Assembly (NCBI GenBank): GCA_963741095.1
Contig: CAVUGN010000002.1
Coordinates: 192,001-256,000, forward strand
Direction: 5' to 3'
Length of the DNA stretch: 64,000 nt
Source: an uncultured Candidatus Micrarchaeota archaeon
Lineage (GTDB): Archaea > Micrarchaeota > Micrarchaeia > Micrarchaeales > Micrarchaeaceae
Numbering within the stretch: the stretch's first letter is position 1; every line of letters starts with the position of its first letter. Below are positions 29,413 to 39,011 of this stretch, piece by piece. The notes beneath the pieces are model-generated. The model ran no database searches, had not been told where the DNA came from, and worked only from the letters and a program-made list of their open reading frames with translations. Made by a program: the position numbers and the translations under genes.

Positions 29413-31722
29413 TTAGGGCTCCACGACCTTGGTGTGGCCGTTGCTGTCCTTGTCCCTCTCTAATTGGTAGATACGCGCGGCGCTGACCTGCTTCAGCTCG
29501 CTCTCGTGGGTTATCACGAAGACCTGCTCCACCACCTTAGGCAGCGAGTCCCCCAACATCTCAACGAACTTCGCTATGCCGTTCTCGTCTATGTTGTGTG
29601 TCGGCTCGTCGAGTATCAGCCATTTCAGATTCGGCACCACCACCATGGCGAACGCTATCCTCATAGCAAGGCATGCCATGCTACGCTCGCCGCCGCTTGC
29701 CATGCCGTCCACCTCCGACCATTTTGCCTCCTCTCCGTTCAAGGTGCGGGCCTCTAGTTTGTAATCATCCTTGCCCGCCTCGAGCCTTATGCCGCTGTAA
29801 TCGGCGTAGGGGTATATCTCAGACCAGATGCTCTGCATCATACTGTTTATCGATGTTATGAGCCTGTTCCTAAGCATGCCTTCAGTATCTACAAGAGCGC
29901 TCTTGAACTTGTTCATCTCGCCGACCTGCTGCCTCCTCTTCTCCACCCTTTCCTTTATCTGGTTTATGTTGGCAATCTGTTTCGCCTTCTCCTCTATCTG
30001 CGTGTCCACGCTTGCAAGGTACCTCTTACCGCTCTCAATCTTCGAATTGACCTCGCTGAGACGTGAGCTCTCCTTTGTTATCCTATCCTGGAGCTCGTAG
30101 AGCGCGCTCTCGTCGACCTTCGTCGCTGCCAATCCCTCCTTCTTAGTTACAAGGAGCTCAGAATCCTTCTTGACCTCCAATTCGTGGCTCTGCCTCCTCT
30201 TCGCCGCTTCAAGATCGGTGTCGAGCGACTTTATATCCTTTCTAATTATTTCAAGCTCCGCCTCCGCCTTTTCGATGTCCTTCGAGAATATCGCCGATGC
30301 CTTCCTCGAGACTTCGGCCCTCTCGGTCGCCCTTTTAACCAATTCCTCGATGCCCTTGTAATCCTCCAGCTTCTTGCTCGACAGCAGCAGCGCGTTGCGC
30401 TCCTTCGTCGCAACCTCTATCCTGGCGGCCAATTCGGCCACGGCCTTGGAAGACCGGTCTATGCTGCTTGAAATTTCTGCCGAAAGCGCAACCTTGCCCT
30501 TCAACAATCTGTGCCTCAGCTCGTCGTCCAACTCGCGCTCGCAGACCGGGCACTTGCTCACCTCTTTGCTCAGCTCGTCGACGCTCTTCTCGAGCTCTTG
30601 CCTGCTGCCCTTCAATGCCGCAAGATCCTTCCTGAGCTCTTGGAGCGTGTCATCGTCTTTCTTCAGCGCTTTCTCAATCGAAGAGAGGTCCTTGCCCTTC
30701 ATCTTATCAAGAATCTGGTCGCGCTCCTTCACCTTTGCGAGGCCGCTCTTCAATTCCGCTTCTGCCTGGGCTGCTTCCCTAATTGCAGCGTCTCCTTTTG
30801 CCTTCTGGCTTTTGAGTTCCGCAATCGCCGTTTTCTCCTTTTCGCCAGACTCCTTCCTGTCCTTCTCGAGTTTATCAGGCCCGTGCGGCACCACAGTCTT
30901 CTCTATCTCCTTCTTCAGCGTGAGTATCCTGCTTTCCAACTCTGCAACTTCCTTTGACAGCTTTGTCCTCTTCTCGTAACTCAACTTTAGCTCAGCCAGC
31001 TCCTTTTTGCGCTTCTCCATGCCCTCCTTTGCGATGACCGCCTCCTTGCCCAGCACCGCCTGCTCCTTCACTACGGTTTCCTTCTCCTTTGACAGCGCCT
31101 CCAACTGTTTCTTGGATTCGTCCACGTCCATTTGCGTCAGGGTCTGCTCCTCTCCGCTTATCAGGGATTTCATCCAGTTGATCAGCGATGTGGCATTGAC
31201 CTCAGCATTGGCGAACCTGTCAAGACCCAGCATTTGGTCTATCTGCCTCTTCCTGTCGCCCTTCGGCAGTTCAAGGAAATAATCGAGCCTGTTCTGTTCG
31301 GAATAGACCACCCTTGAGAAGGTGTCGTAATCGACGCTAAGCAGCCTCTCTATCTCCTCGTTCACCCTCTCGGGCTGCGCCTGTATATAGGATCCGTTCT
31401 TCTCCAGCTTCGCGGTCGTGCCCTGCTCCCGCGTTATCTTCCTCGTCACCGTGTAGGAGTCGTCGCCGCTGGTGAAATTCACTTTCACGGTCGCTTCGTT
31501 CTCCTGGTCTGGTTTGTTAAGTATAAGTCCGTCAAGGCTAGTGCGCCTGTGCACCAGAGCAGGAAAGGTTCCGAACAATCCGAAAGAAAGGGCATCCATG
31601 ACCGAGCTCTTGCCTGCTCCCATTATGCCTATGAGTACGTTAACCCCCTTCTGGAAGCCGAGCACGTTGTGCTTATGGCTTCTCCAGTTAACCAGCTCTA
31701 TGGAGCTTATCACGTAAACCAC
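29413..31722 (-). CDS. rad50: Rad50/SbcC-type SMC ATPase
   Basis: Walker A GIMGAGKSS, Q-loop, coiled coil with zinc hook CPVC, SGGE signature, LDEPT, ITH. Confidence 0.88.
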   Translation of the reverse strand: MVYVISSIELVNWRSHKHNVLGFQKGVNVLIGIMGAGKSSVMDALSFGLFGTFPALVHRRTSLDGLILNKPDQENEATVKVNFTSGDDSYTVTRKITREQGTTAKLEKNGSYIQAQPERVNEEIERLLSVDYDTFSRVVYSEQNRLDYFLELPKGDRKRQIDQMLGLDRFANAEVNATSLINWMKSLISGEEQTLTQMDVDESKKQLEALSKEKETVVKEQAVLGKEAVIAKEGMEKRKKELAELKLSYEKRTKLSKEVAELESRILTLKKEIEKTVVPHGPDKLEKDRKESGEKEKTAIAELKSQKAKGDAAIREAAQAEAELKSGLAKVKERDQILDKMKGKDLSSIEKALKKDDDTLQELRKDLAALKGSRQELEKSVDELSKEVSKCPVCERELDDELRHRLLKGKVALSAEISSSIDRSSKAVAELAARIEVATKERNALLLSSKKLEDYKGIEELVKRATERAEVSRKASAIFSKDIEKAEAELEIIRKDIKSLDTDLEAAKRRQSHELEVKKDSELLVTKKEGLAATKVDESALYELQDRITKESSRLSEVNSKIESGKRYLASVDTQIEEKAKQIANINQIKERVEKRRQQVGEMNKFKSALVDTEGMLRNRLITSINSMMQSIWSEIYPYADYSGIRLEAGKDDYKLEARTLNGEEAKWSEVDGMASGGERSMACLAMRIAFAMVVVPNLKWLILDEPTHNIDENGIAKFVEMLGDSLPKVVEQVFVITHESELKQVSAARIYQLERDKDSNGHTKVVEP

Positions 31723-31783
31723 CGGCAGGCATTATGTACATTAAGGACGTGCAGATTTATTAGACAAGCAGGCGTGAAAAAGA

Positions 31784-32032
31784 TCAGAGCAGGCTTTCCT
31801 CCTCAACCTCGACCTCCCGTACCCCGTCTATCTTCTTCAGGGCTTCCTCCACGTTCGATGACGCCTTGTCGACGTCCTCGAAGGTGAAGAGCACTCGAAT
31901 GACCTTGATGCCGAACGCGACCTCATCGGCCTGGATGCCGGCGGGCTTGAGCTGCTCCTTTATGTTGCTCATCGCCTTTTCCAGTGCGCCGTCGTTCGGA
32001 TAGACCTTGAATATTATCCCGATTTTTCCCAT
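31784..32032 (-). CDS. ef1b: Translation elongation factor aEF-1beta
   Basis: KVYP, VAFGIK, VEEAL..IDGV..VEV. Confidence 0.88.
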   Translation of the reverse strand: MGKIGIIFKVYPNDGALEKAMSNIKEQLKPAGIQADEVAFGIKVIRVLFTFEDVDKASSNVEEALKKIDGVREVEVEEESLL

Positions 32033-32206
32033 CTATGGCCCCTGGAACGCGCACGTCCCGCACTTGTATTCGTTCGATATCTCCCTGCAGTGCTTGCACC
32101 TTATTATCGCGTCCTTTCCGCATGACGGGCACTTGAACTCAGTGTACTCACTGGTCATCCTGCCGCATGAGATACAGACTTTTCCCGGTAGAACTCTTGC
32201 TATCAA
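32033..32206 (-). CDS. Zn-ribbon protein, DUF1610 / HVO_2753-like (not in the ORF track; start TTG 32206 or ATA 32203)
   Basis: Manual translation ...CISCG...FKCPSCG..IIRCKHCR...YKCGTCAFQGP; conserved position upstream of aEF-1beta. Confidence 0.9.
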   Translation of the reverse strand: MIARVLPGKVCISCGRMTSEYTEFKCPSCGKDAIIRCKHCREISNEYKCGTCAFQGP

Positions 32207-32221
32207 ATCACCTAAGTGTAA

Positions 32222-34111
32222 TCATCTGCGCCTTCTCCTCTTGTTAGGACGTGCTGCCCTCCTTCTAGTGACTTTTGGAGCCTTGCGCCTTACCTCTCTT
32301 CTATTCTGTTTGGAAGCAGACCTTTTTATCAGTATCGCTATCATGGTGAGCACGGCCGCAAACGTCAGGATCGCGAAGACCAGCACCATCACCACCAGCT
32401 TCTCTATCTCCTCGAGCTGGGCGACGATCTCGATCAGGGCGGAATTCTGCAGCGGGGTGCCCGTGCCGGAGCTTGTCGAAGGCACGCCGTTCTGGTATAT
32501 CAGCTTCATGTCCGAGCCGACATGCTGCGCGAGCAGCGCAGACGTGTACGCCTCTACGGCATTGCTGTGCGCCTGGGTCGAATTGACGGACTCTCCGGCC
32601 TCGTAGGCATAGAACTGCGCCTCCTTCGCGAATTCGGTGGCCCAGACCCCGTAGGTCGAGTTGGAATCCTGCGCCAGCGCCTGCGCCGCGCTCAGCAGCT
32701 GCTGGGTGCTCGCCGTGTCGCCGTAAATGGAGCTGTTGGATATCGCAAAGTCGTAATCCGCTCCGAGTATTGCAAGCGGATAGTTGTTGCTCTTGTAGGC
32801 CTGCTGCGCCACGTCATAGTACATGCCCGGATAGCCGTACTGGACGTCCCTGTTGAGCCTGTCCATCGCTATGCTGGACAGTGCCGGTGCGAAGGTTATC
32901 GGTGTGCCTGTAGAGCTGGCGAAGTAGCCGTAGGTGAAGCCTGCCGCGTTGCACCATCCCTTCGCCTCAGTGCCGACATACACCTCGTTCAGAACAGTGT
33001 CCGTGTCGGTTGCCGAGGTGTTGTATGAAGACAGCGTCTGGTTTATCGTGTAGGTGCCCCACTCCTGCCTAAGCTCCGCGCCCATCAAGTATTCGTAATT
33101 GTTCGTTGTGAACTGCGGCTGCACGAGCGACGAGCAGAAGGTTTCCGTGTTCTCCAAACTCGAGAGCGTCTGGCTCTTGGTGGTGTCATGCGCGTCGAAA
33201 TACTCCGCGTTCAGGTAATCCAGGAAGGCCTCGTTCGCCGCGGTGTAGAAATAGCCGCGATCCATCGTCTGGGCGCTCTGCCCGAGGGCCTGTGAAAGCT
33301 GCTGGCTTATGCTGCCGAATTTTGTCCCGCCCAGCAGGCCTATCGCGTCCCTGGTGTTGGCTATGGTGTAGTTCGCCAGCGCCGCGAAGGCGCTCTCGTT
33401 GCACTGATTAGAGCATGTCGCGCTGGCTTCCGGAAGATTGTCGACGCTGTAATTGGTGCTGACATTGTACGCGAACTGGTGCGATGTGACGTTTATGCCC
33501 GGGGTGAAGGCGAAGACAGAGGCCTGCACTATGTTGGCGGCCTGCACCAGTGGTATCCCGAATTCGGTCTGGATCAGCAGGTAGAGCTTCGACTCGCCGC
33601 TGTAGGTGGCATCGGGCACCAGGGCAAAGCGCTTGCCCGCCTGTGCTGCTGCGGCTACCTTGTTGTACACGCCGCCCACTTCTCCTATGGATCCGTCGCT
33701 GCCTATCGTGCCTGTGACCGCGAAATCGCTGCTCAGCTTCCTGTTGCTGAGCGCGGATATCGCCAACAGGGTCAATGCGGCTCCGCCGCTCGGCCCGCTG
33801 ACATCAGTGTTCAGGTCCTCTATGGTGTAAGCAAAATTGTAACTTTTGAAATCGAGCCCAAGATAGTTCGCCGCGTACTGCGCTGCGGTCTGCGCCGATT
33901 GCAGCGTGTCGGACCCGACCGTGGCCGGCCCCGAAACGGTCACGTTGCCGATGCCGCTGCTCACAGTGAGGTTTATCGTGACCAACGAGCCAGTGCTGTT
34001 GGGTATGACCGCCACCGACGATATGGATGCTGTGCCGACGGTGTACGCGCTCGCGCAGCCCACCGCAATCATTGAAACCAGTATCGCAACCAGGAGATAT
34101 TTTCCCATCAT
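32222..34111 (-). CDS. Secreted, membrane-anchored archaeal Lon-like S16 serine protease
   Basis: Signal peptide; VSGPSGG (Ser) and TGTI..DGSIGEVGGV.NK (Lys) dyad; C-terminal TM segment and Arg-rich tail; no AAA domain. Confidence 0.85.
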   Translation of the reverse strand: MMGKYLLVAILVSMIAVGCASAYTVGTASISSVAVIPNSTGSLVTINLTVSSGIGNVTVSGPATVGSDTLQSAQTAAQYAANYLGLDFKSYNFAYTIEDLNTDVSGPSGGAALTLLAISALSNRKLSSDFAVTGTIGSDGSIGEVGGVYNKVAAAAQAGKRFALVPDATYSGESKLYLLIQTEFGIPLVQAANIVQASVFAFTPGINVTSHQFAYNVSTNYSVDNLPEASATCSNQCNESAFAALANYTIANTRDAIGLLGGTKFGSISQQLSQALGQSAQTMDRGYFYTAANEAFLDYLNAEYFDAHDTTKSQTLSSLENTETFCSSLVQPQFTTNNYEYLMGAELRQEWGTYTINQTLSSYNTSATDTDTVLNEVYVGTEAKGWCNAAGFTYGYFASSTGTPITFAPALSSIAMDRLNRDVQYGYPGMYYDVAQQAYKSNNYPLAILGADYDFAISNSSIYGDTASTQQLLSAAQALAQDSNSTYGVWATEFAKEAQFYAYEAGESVNSTQAHSNAVEAYTSALLAQHVGSDMKLIYQNGVPSTSSGTGTPLQNSALIEIVAQLEEIEKLVVMVLVFAILTFAAVLTMIAILIKRSASKQNRREVRRKAPKVTRRRAARPNKRRRRR

Positions 34112-34169
34112 CGTATCGTCCCATTTATTTTTGAATTAAAGTATAAAAGCCTATTGATGTTTCACTGCC

Positions 34170-35129
34170 TCATTTCAGGTTTTCAAGCTTCGTCGAGTTT
34201 ATCCAGAGCCTGTTGAACCGCTCCTCGGCCTCCCGGTGGTTGATGCTGACTATGTGCTCGCTCTTCCTGTTTATGATGTTCAATGGGGGTATCTTGTAGG
34301 CCGTGCTGCTGTCGATGAGCATGCGCTCGTGCTGCTCGTTCGCGTCGCTGTCGCTCAGGACCTTCAGCTCGAAAGCGATGCCCTTGTTGCCGAGCTCGTT
34401 CCTGAAGTCGCTGTAGCTCCGCATGAACTCGTTGCCGAGCCGGTCGCGCTTCGCCAGCACAGAGACGCTCTTGCACCTCTCGAGATTCCCGTTGAGCAGC
34501 CTCGACAGGTTCTCCAGCCCGTTCGCGTCGAAGTGCATGTCCAGTATCTTCAGGTCGCCCTCCAATTTCGACATCAGCCTCTTCGAGAGGATCATCACGT
34601 TCGTGTAGGGCGTCTGCGGGTCTATGCTTATCGGCCTAGCTGCCCTTGCCGCACTGGGCTTCCTGCGCACCTCGACAAAAAGGTACGCCCCGATCAGGAA
34701 GGGGATTATTCCTCCAAGATAGGATATCGCGAATATGAGGTAGCCGAAGTTGACCATGGTCTCGATTATCGCGGTCGCGACAATCACCATCAGTGATGAG
34801 AGCGCCAGCGCGGCGGCGCTGAGGACCATGCGCGATCTGGAAAAGAGCCACATCGCCCCAATAGTGAACACTATGATGGCGAACGGCAGCATCATGAACG
34901 TAAGATACAGCGCGACGGTCAGTGTCGTGGACTGCGATATCAGCGACACTATCGAAGAGGTGGGGCTGATGTTGTAGGCGCCTATTATGCCTAGGGCTTC
35001 GTGGTAGGATCCAACAGAGAAGGCGAGCTTCTCCATGAAATGGCACGCTGAGAGTATCGATAGTGTGCCGCCTGCCAGCGCCAGCAGCGGCATCAGCTGT
35101 TCCTTGCTTATCCTGGCCATCGTTACCAA
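34170..35129 (-). CDS. Membrane protein (about 4 TM) with a C-terminal PLD-like domain
   Basis: Hydrophobic N-half; C-half ILDMHFD...HERMLID...AY...LN...F.RLW resembles a single-motif PLD/Nuc fold. Confidence 0.55.
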   Translation of the reverse strand: MVTMARISKEQLMPLLALAGGTLSILSACHFMEKLAFSVGSYHEALGIIGAYNISPTSSIVSLISQSTTLTVALYLTFMMLPFAIIVFTIGAMWLFSRSRMVLSAAALALSSLMVIVATAIIETMVNFGYLIFAISYLGGIIPFLIGAYLFVEVRRKPSAARAARPISIDPQTPYTNVMILSKRLMSKLEGDLKILDMHFDANGLENLSRLLNGNLERCKSVSVLAKRDRLGNEFMRSYSDFRNELGNKGIAFELKVLSDSDANEQHERMLIDSSTAYKIPPLNIINRKSEHIVSINHREAEERFNRLWINSTKLENLK

Positions 35130-35165
35130 TTCTACGTTAAAACTTAAAGCATGTAGCCTTTGTGT

Positions 35166-36149
35166 TCAAAGCAGCATCAGTCCGTAGTAGGCGAGCAGCG
35201 CGATCACTATGCCTGCGAGGAGCAGAGGTATCGCGGGCAGCGCCTTCTTGTACCTCCTGAGCACGAGCATGTTCAGCATCAGGCCCAGCACGGACCCGAA
35301 GACGACCACGAAGCTCAGCACGAAGTTGAGGTTGACCTTGTACGCTGCGACCGCAAGCATCAGCGGCACCGCCAGGTCGCCGGTTCCAAGCGCGGTCATC
35401 GCCGGCATGAGCGCCATGTTCTCCCTTGTCAGCTTGTCGACAAGGCCACCCTGCTTTTCAAGCGCAGGCTTGTTCTTCGCGTACTCCTTCTGCTCCTTGG
35501 GGGTGAGGTAGCTCATCGGAACAGCCTTCGTCTCCCTGACCATTATCAAAAAGGAGAGGTTGTTCTGCACCGCCATGTCGCCCAGGGCTATCATGTGCTT
35601 CGTTATGAAGACCGCTATGAAGTCGTAGACCCCGAGCAGGGCCATGAAGACGAGCGCGAGCGGGAAGCTGAAGCTCAACCCCAGCGCCACTCCAACGCCG
35701 GCGCTCGCTATTATCGCTGTAGTGTTCCTCAATCTCGGCATCCTGTTCTTGGCTACGACAAGTGCTATCGCAGGTATCAGCGCGGCGAGGAAGTACCAGA
35801 TGCTGCCCGAGCCGAATATGCCGGACTGCGCCGAGCCCGCAAGCACCGCGACTATGATCGAGAAGACTATGAAAGAGGACAGCAGGACTATGGCGCCCTC
35901 GAACACAACGAAGAGCTTCTTGCCCTTGTACACCTTGAATATCAACAACAGCACTACGGAGAAGACCACTATGTAGACGATGTAGAACAGCGCATTGACC
36001 GGCGACGATATGACCTGGGCGCTGGTTATCTCCTGGTAGGTCGCGCCGCTGAAGAGCGGGATGGAAAGCAGAAGGCCGAGGAACTGCACGATCATGAACA
36101 TCGTCAGTATCTGAGCGAGCTGCCTGAACTCTATCACTTTCGGCGGCAA
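35166..36149 (-). CDS. Presenilin / signal-peptide-peptidase family intramembrane aspartyl protease (PSH)
   Basis: YD, LGTGD and PAIP motifs; 9 TM-like segments. Confidence 0.92.
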   Translation of the reverse strand: MPPKVIEFRQLAQILTMFMIVQFLGLLLSIPLFSGATYQEITSAQVISSPVNALFYIVYIVVFSVVLLLIFKVYKGKKLFVVFEGAIVLLSSFIVFSIIVAVLAGSAQSGIFGSGSIWYFLAALIPAIALVVAKNRMPRLRNTTAIIASAGVGVALGLSFSFPLALVFMALLGVYDFIAVFITKHMIALGDMAVQNNLSFLIMVRETKAVPMSYLTPKEQKEYAKNKPALEKQGGLVDKLTRENMALMPAMTALGTGDLAVPLMLAVAAYKVNLNFVLSFVVVFGSVLGLMLNMLVLRRYKKALPAIPLLLAGIVIALLAYYGLMLL

Positions 36150-36314
36150 GAAACCACTCTATCATTTACGCAAAAGCATTTAATAAACAGCGAGGCTGTG
36201 ACCCGCATTGCAAGCCTTTTTCACGCCGAATACGACATCTGACGAAGCGAATTAAACTTATATATATCTGGAAACGTTCATGGATAATGACACGGTGTGT
36301 CAAAAAGCGATAAT

Positions 36315-36503
36315 ATGGAAATAAATAACGTTGGATCTTCTGTTGCAAAGTATACTGCGGCCGTTGTGGCAATCGGTGTAGTTGATACCTTGATTTGCGC
36401 TGGAGTAAAGGTGGTATTTCATCCACCAAGCAATGTCATTGATCATCTTGCTTTAGGAATCGGCATAGGCGCTGGAGGAATGTTCGCGCTGCTAAGGAAA
36501 TGA
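36315..36503 (+). CDS. Small two-TM hypothetical protein
   Basis: ATG at 36315 with RBS-like motif and upstream TATA; two hydrophobic segments. Confidence 0.45.
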   Translation: MEINNVGSSVAKYTAAVVAIGVVDTLICAGVKVVFHPPSNVIDHLALGIGIGAGGMFALLRK

Positions 36504-36528
36504 GCCAACATCGCTGCCGCTAAGCCTT

Positions 36529-36565
36529 TAAAAAAGAAAAAAAGAGGGCAGACCTTTCGGTCTGC
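36529..36565 (-). terminator. Hairpin plus T-tract terminator after the tandem ftsZ genes
   Basis: GCAGACC-GAAA-GGTCTGC followed by TCTTTTTTTCTTTTTT on the minus strand. Confidence 0.7.
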
Positions 36566-36566
36566 T

Positions 36567-37577
36567 TTATATCATCTCTATGCCAGAAACGAAGCTCGTG
36601 TCTACAACCGCGTCGCGGTCGATCTTTGCGGTCCCAAATCTCGGCTTCACGCCCGTGACTATGGACATGACCTTTATCTGGTCGCCCATCTCGGGTATCA
36701 GCCTTGCGCCGAATATCACGTTCGCCTTTGCGTCAAGGTTGTCCGTGACACCAGAGCCGACGCGCGTCGCCTCCTCTATGGTCAGGGAGTCGCTGCCGGT
36801 GACGTGGACCATCGCGCTCTTCGCGCCTTCAAGATCAACGTCAAGCATCGGGTGGTTCAGAGTAGACTTTATCGCCTTCTCTACCCTGTCTGAGCCATGG
36901 CCGTAGCCAAGGTTTATGACAGCAGTGCCCGCATCGCGCATGACCGATCTCACGTCAGCGAAGTCGAGGTTTATCAGGCTCGGAAGCATTATCGTGTCTG
37001 CGATTCCGCGCACCGCGTTGGTCGCGATGCTGTCTATCAGCTCGAAAGACTTCTCGATCTGAAGGTTGGGCGCATAGCTCATAAGCCTGTCGTTCTCGAT
37101 CACTATCGTAGTGTCGGCGTTCTTGCTCAACTGCTGCAGGCTCCAGTCTGCCTTGACCTTCCTGCTCCTCTCAAGCGAGAACGGGTAGGTGACGAAAGCG
37201 ACGACCAGAGAGCCCTGCTCCTTCGCGAGCTGGGCGACGACCGAGGCTCCTCCGCCTCCTGTTCCTCCGCCCATTCCTGCGCAGACGAAGACCATGTCAT
37301 AGCCGGAGATGACATTCCTGATCTCCTCCCTGCTAGCGTCAGCGGCCTTCATTCCCAGTTCCGGGAATCCGCCTGCACCGAGCCCTCTTGTCAGCTCCTT
37401 TCCTATCAGCATGCGGGTGTCGGCCCTTATGGTGTTGAGATGCTTCGCGTCCGTGTTGAGCGCTATTGTCCTGGCGCTCTTTATGCCGCTCTTGTAGAGT
37501 CTGTTGACCAGGTTTGATCCCTGGCCTCCTATCCCTACCACTGCCAGTTTCGCGACGAATGAATCCATATCTTCCAT
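36567..37577 (-). CDS. ftsZ: FtsZ paralog B (divergent GTP-binding loops)
   Basis: GIGGQGSN, NTD, GLGAGG.P, GMGGGTGGG, NLDFAD. Confidence 0.9.
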   Translation of the reverse strand: MEDMDSFVAKLAVVGIGGQGSNLVNRLYKSGIKSARTIALNTDAKHLNTIRADTRMLIGKELTRGLGAGGFPELGMKAADASREEIRNVISGYDMVFVCAGMGGGTGGGGASVVAQLAKEQGSLVVAFVTYPFSLERSRKVKADWSLQQLSKNADTTIVIENDRLMSYAPNLQIEKSFELIDSIATNAVRGIADTIMLPSLINLDFADVRSVMRDAGTAVINLGYGHGSDRVEKAIKSTLNHPMLDVDLEGAKSAMVHVTGSDSLTIEEATRVGSGVTDNLDAKANVIFGARLIPEMGDQIKVMSIVTGVKPRFGTAKIDRDAVVDTSFVSGIEMI

Positions 37578-37589
37578 TCAAACACCCTA

Positions 37590-38642
37590 TTAACCAACCA
37601 TCTCAAGGTCGCCGTATTGTGGCTCCTTCTTCTCTCCTAGCTTGCCCACAATGCTCGCTCCCTTGACCCCGCAGACTATCGCGACTATCTCTATCTGGTC
37701 GTCGTAGCCCGGCATCAGCCTAGCGCCCCACTTTATGTTGGCCTTCTGGTCCATGCGCTCCGTTATTATCTCTCCGGCCTTTATCGCATCGCCTATGGTC
37801 ATCGATGCTCCTCCAGAGATGTGTATCAATGCTCCCGAAGCTCCCTCGAAGTCAACATCAAGCAGCCTGTTCTTCAGCACCGATTCCGCCGCAAGGCCCA
37901 CCTTGTCGGTTCCCTTGCCGCTTCCGACAGCGATGAAGCCGACTCCGCCGCCGCCCATTATGCTTCTGACATCGGCAAAGTCTATGTTTATCAGGCTTGG
38001 CTGGGTTATTGTCCACACCAGTCCGCCTATTGCTTTTGCCATGACCTCGTCCGCAAGCGCGAACGCGTCGTTCATCGGCAGGTTAGGCACCAGCTTAACC
38101 AACCTGTTGTTGTCCAATATGATTACGCTGTCGCTGAAGTTCCTGAGCTTCGCGATGCCCTCCTCGGCCTTTACCTTTCTCACTCTCTCGAGGTCGAACG
38201 GGTAGGTTACCATTGCAACAACGATCGCTCCCTGCTCCTTCGCGATCTGTGCCGCTATCGGAATGGAACCAGTTCCGGTTCCGCCTCCCATACCGCAGCA
38301 TAGGAATGCTATCTGTGCACCAGAGAAGATGTTTTCAAGCGCCTGCCTGTCCATCTCCGCAGCCTTTGCGCCCAAATTCGGGTCTCCGCCCGCACCCAGA
38401 CCCCTTGTCAAGGTCTTTCCGATAAGCACCTTCTTTATGCGCTCGTCGATTATCTTGAAGTGCTGCGCATCCGTGTTAACAGCATAGAATTCCGTGCCCT
38501 TCACGCCGACTTTTATCAATCGGTTCACTATGTTGCATCCTGCGCCACCCAAACCCACAGTAACAATCTTTATTTCCGTGGAGCTGAATTGCTCATCCGC
38601 GTCCTTCGTCTGACCTAATACTTCACTTACCATGTCGCTCAT
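37590..38642 (-). CDS. ftsZ: FtsZ paralog C
   Basis: GLGGAGCN, NTD, GMGGGTGTG, NIDFAD; start inferred at ATG 38642. Confidence 0.93.
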   Translation of the reverse strand: MSDMVSEVLGQTKDADEQFSSTEIKIVTVGLGGAGCNIVNRLIKVGVKGTEFYAVNTDAQHFKIIDERIKKVLIGKTLTRGLGAGGDPNLGAKAAEMDRQALENIFSGAQIAFLCCGMGGGTGTGSIPIAAQIAKEQGAIVVAMVTYPFDLERVRKVKAEEGIAKLRNFSDSVIILDNNRLVKLVPNLPMNDAFALADEVMAKAIGGLVWTITQPSLINIDFADVRSIMGGGGVGFIAVGSGKGTDKVGLAAESVLKNRLLDVDFEGASGALIHISGGASMTIGDAIKAGEIITERMDQKANIKWGARLMPGYDDQIEIVAIVCGVKGASIVGKLGEKKEPQYGDLEMVG

Positions 38643-39011
38643 CTGATCGCCAGTGAAATTTAATCTGATAACCTTTAAATGCTTTATGTTTTTTTCTGTG
38701 TTAATGGCTGTCTTGAAGTAAAGGGGCTCAGAATGACTTTTTCCACCTTTTATTGTAGTAAAATACACGACGAGTGGGTTAGAGAAAAGGGCATTTTCAT
38801 TTACTTAAGTAATGAAAAAATCACTCTACTACTGTAATATTACATTATTCCATGCTCCCAATCTGCAGTTTCATCAGCCAAACAGCAACAGCCTAAAAAC
38901 GAACAAAAATATTTTAATGCACGCCTTTTTTGCAGTTCCATGCCCCCAAAAAGTGTAACATTATTTAAATACTGCCTTGGATAATGTCTTGAAACACAAG
39001 CTCGTGATGAC

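Noticed and set aside
35160-36242. Long antisense ORFs (also 3437-4420, 24762-25661, 59531-60463, 11852-12817 and others)
   Set aside because: They are shadow or alternative frames of well-supported genes in GC3-rich DNA, with no recognisable motifs
36567-37577. CetZ or tubulin assignment for the GGQG-containing paralog
   Set aside because: It retains FtsZ-specific NTD, GLGAGG.P, PF..E and NLDFADV motifs, so it is treated as a divergent FtsZ
38732-38837. Short ORF in the ftsZ-gdh spacer
   Set aside because: About 34 codons with no RBS or recognisable features; likely chance
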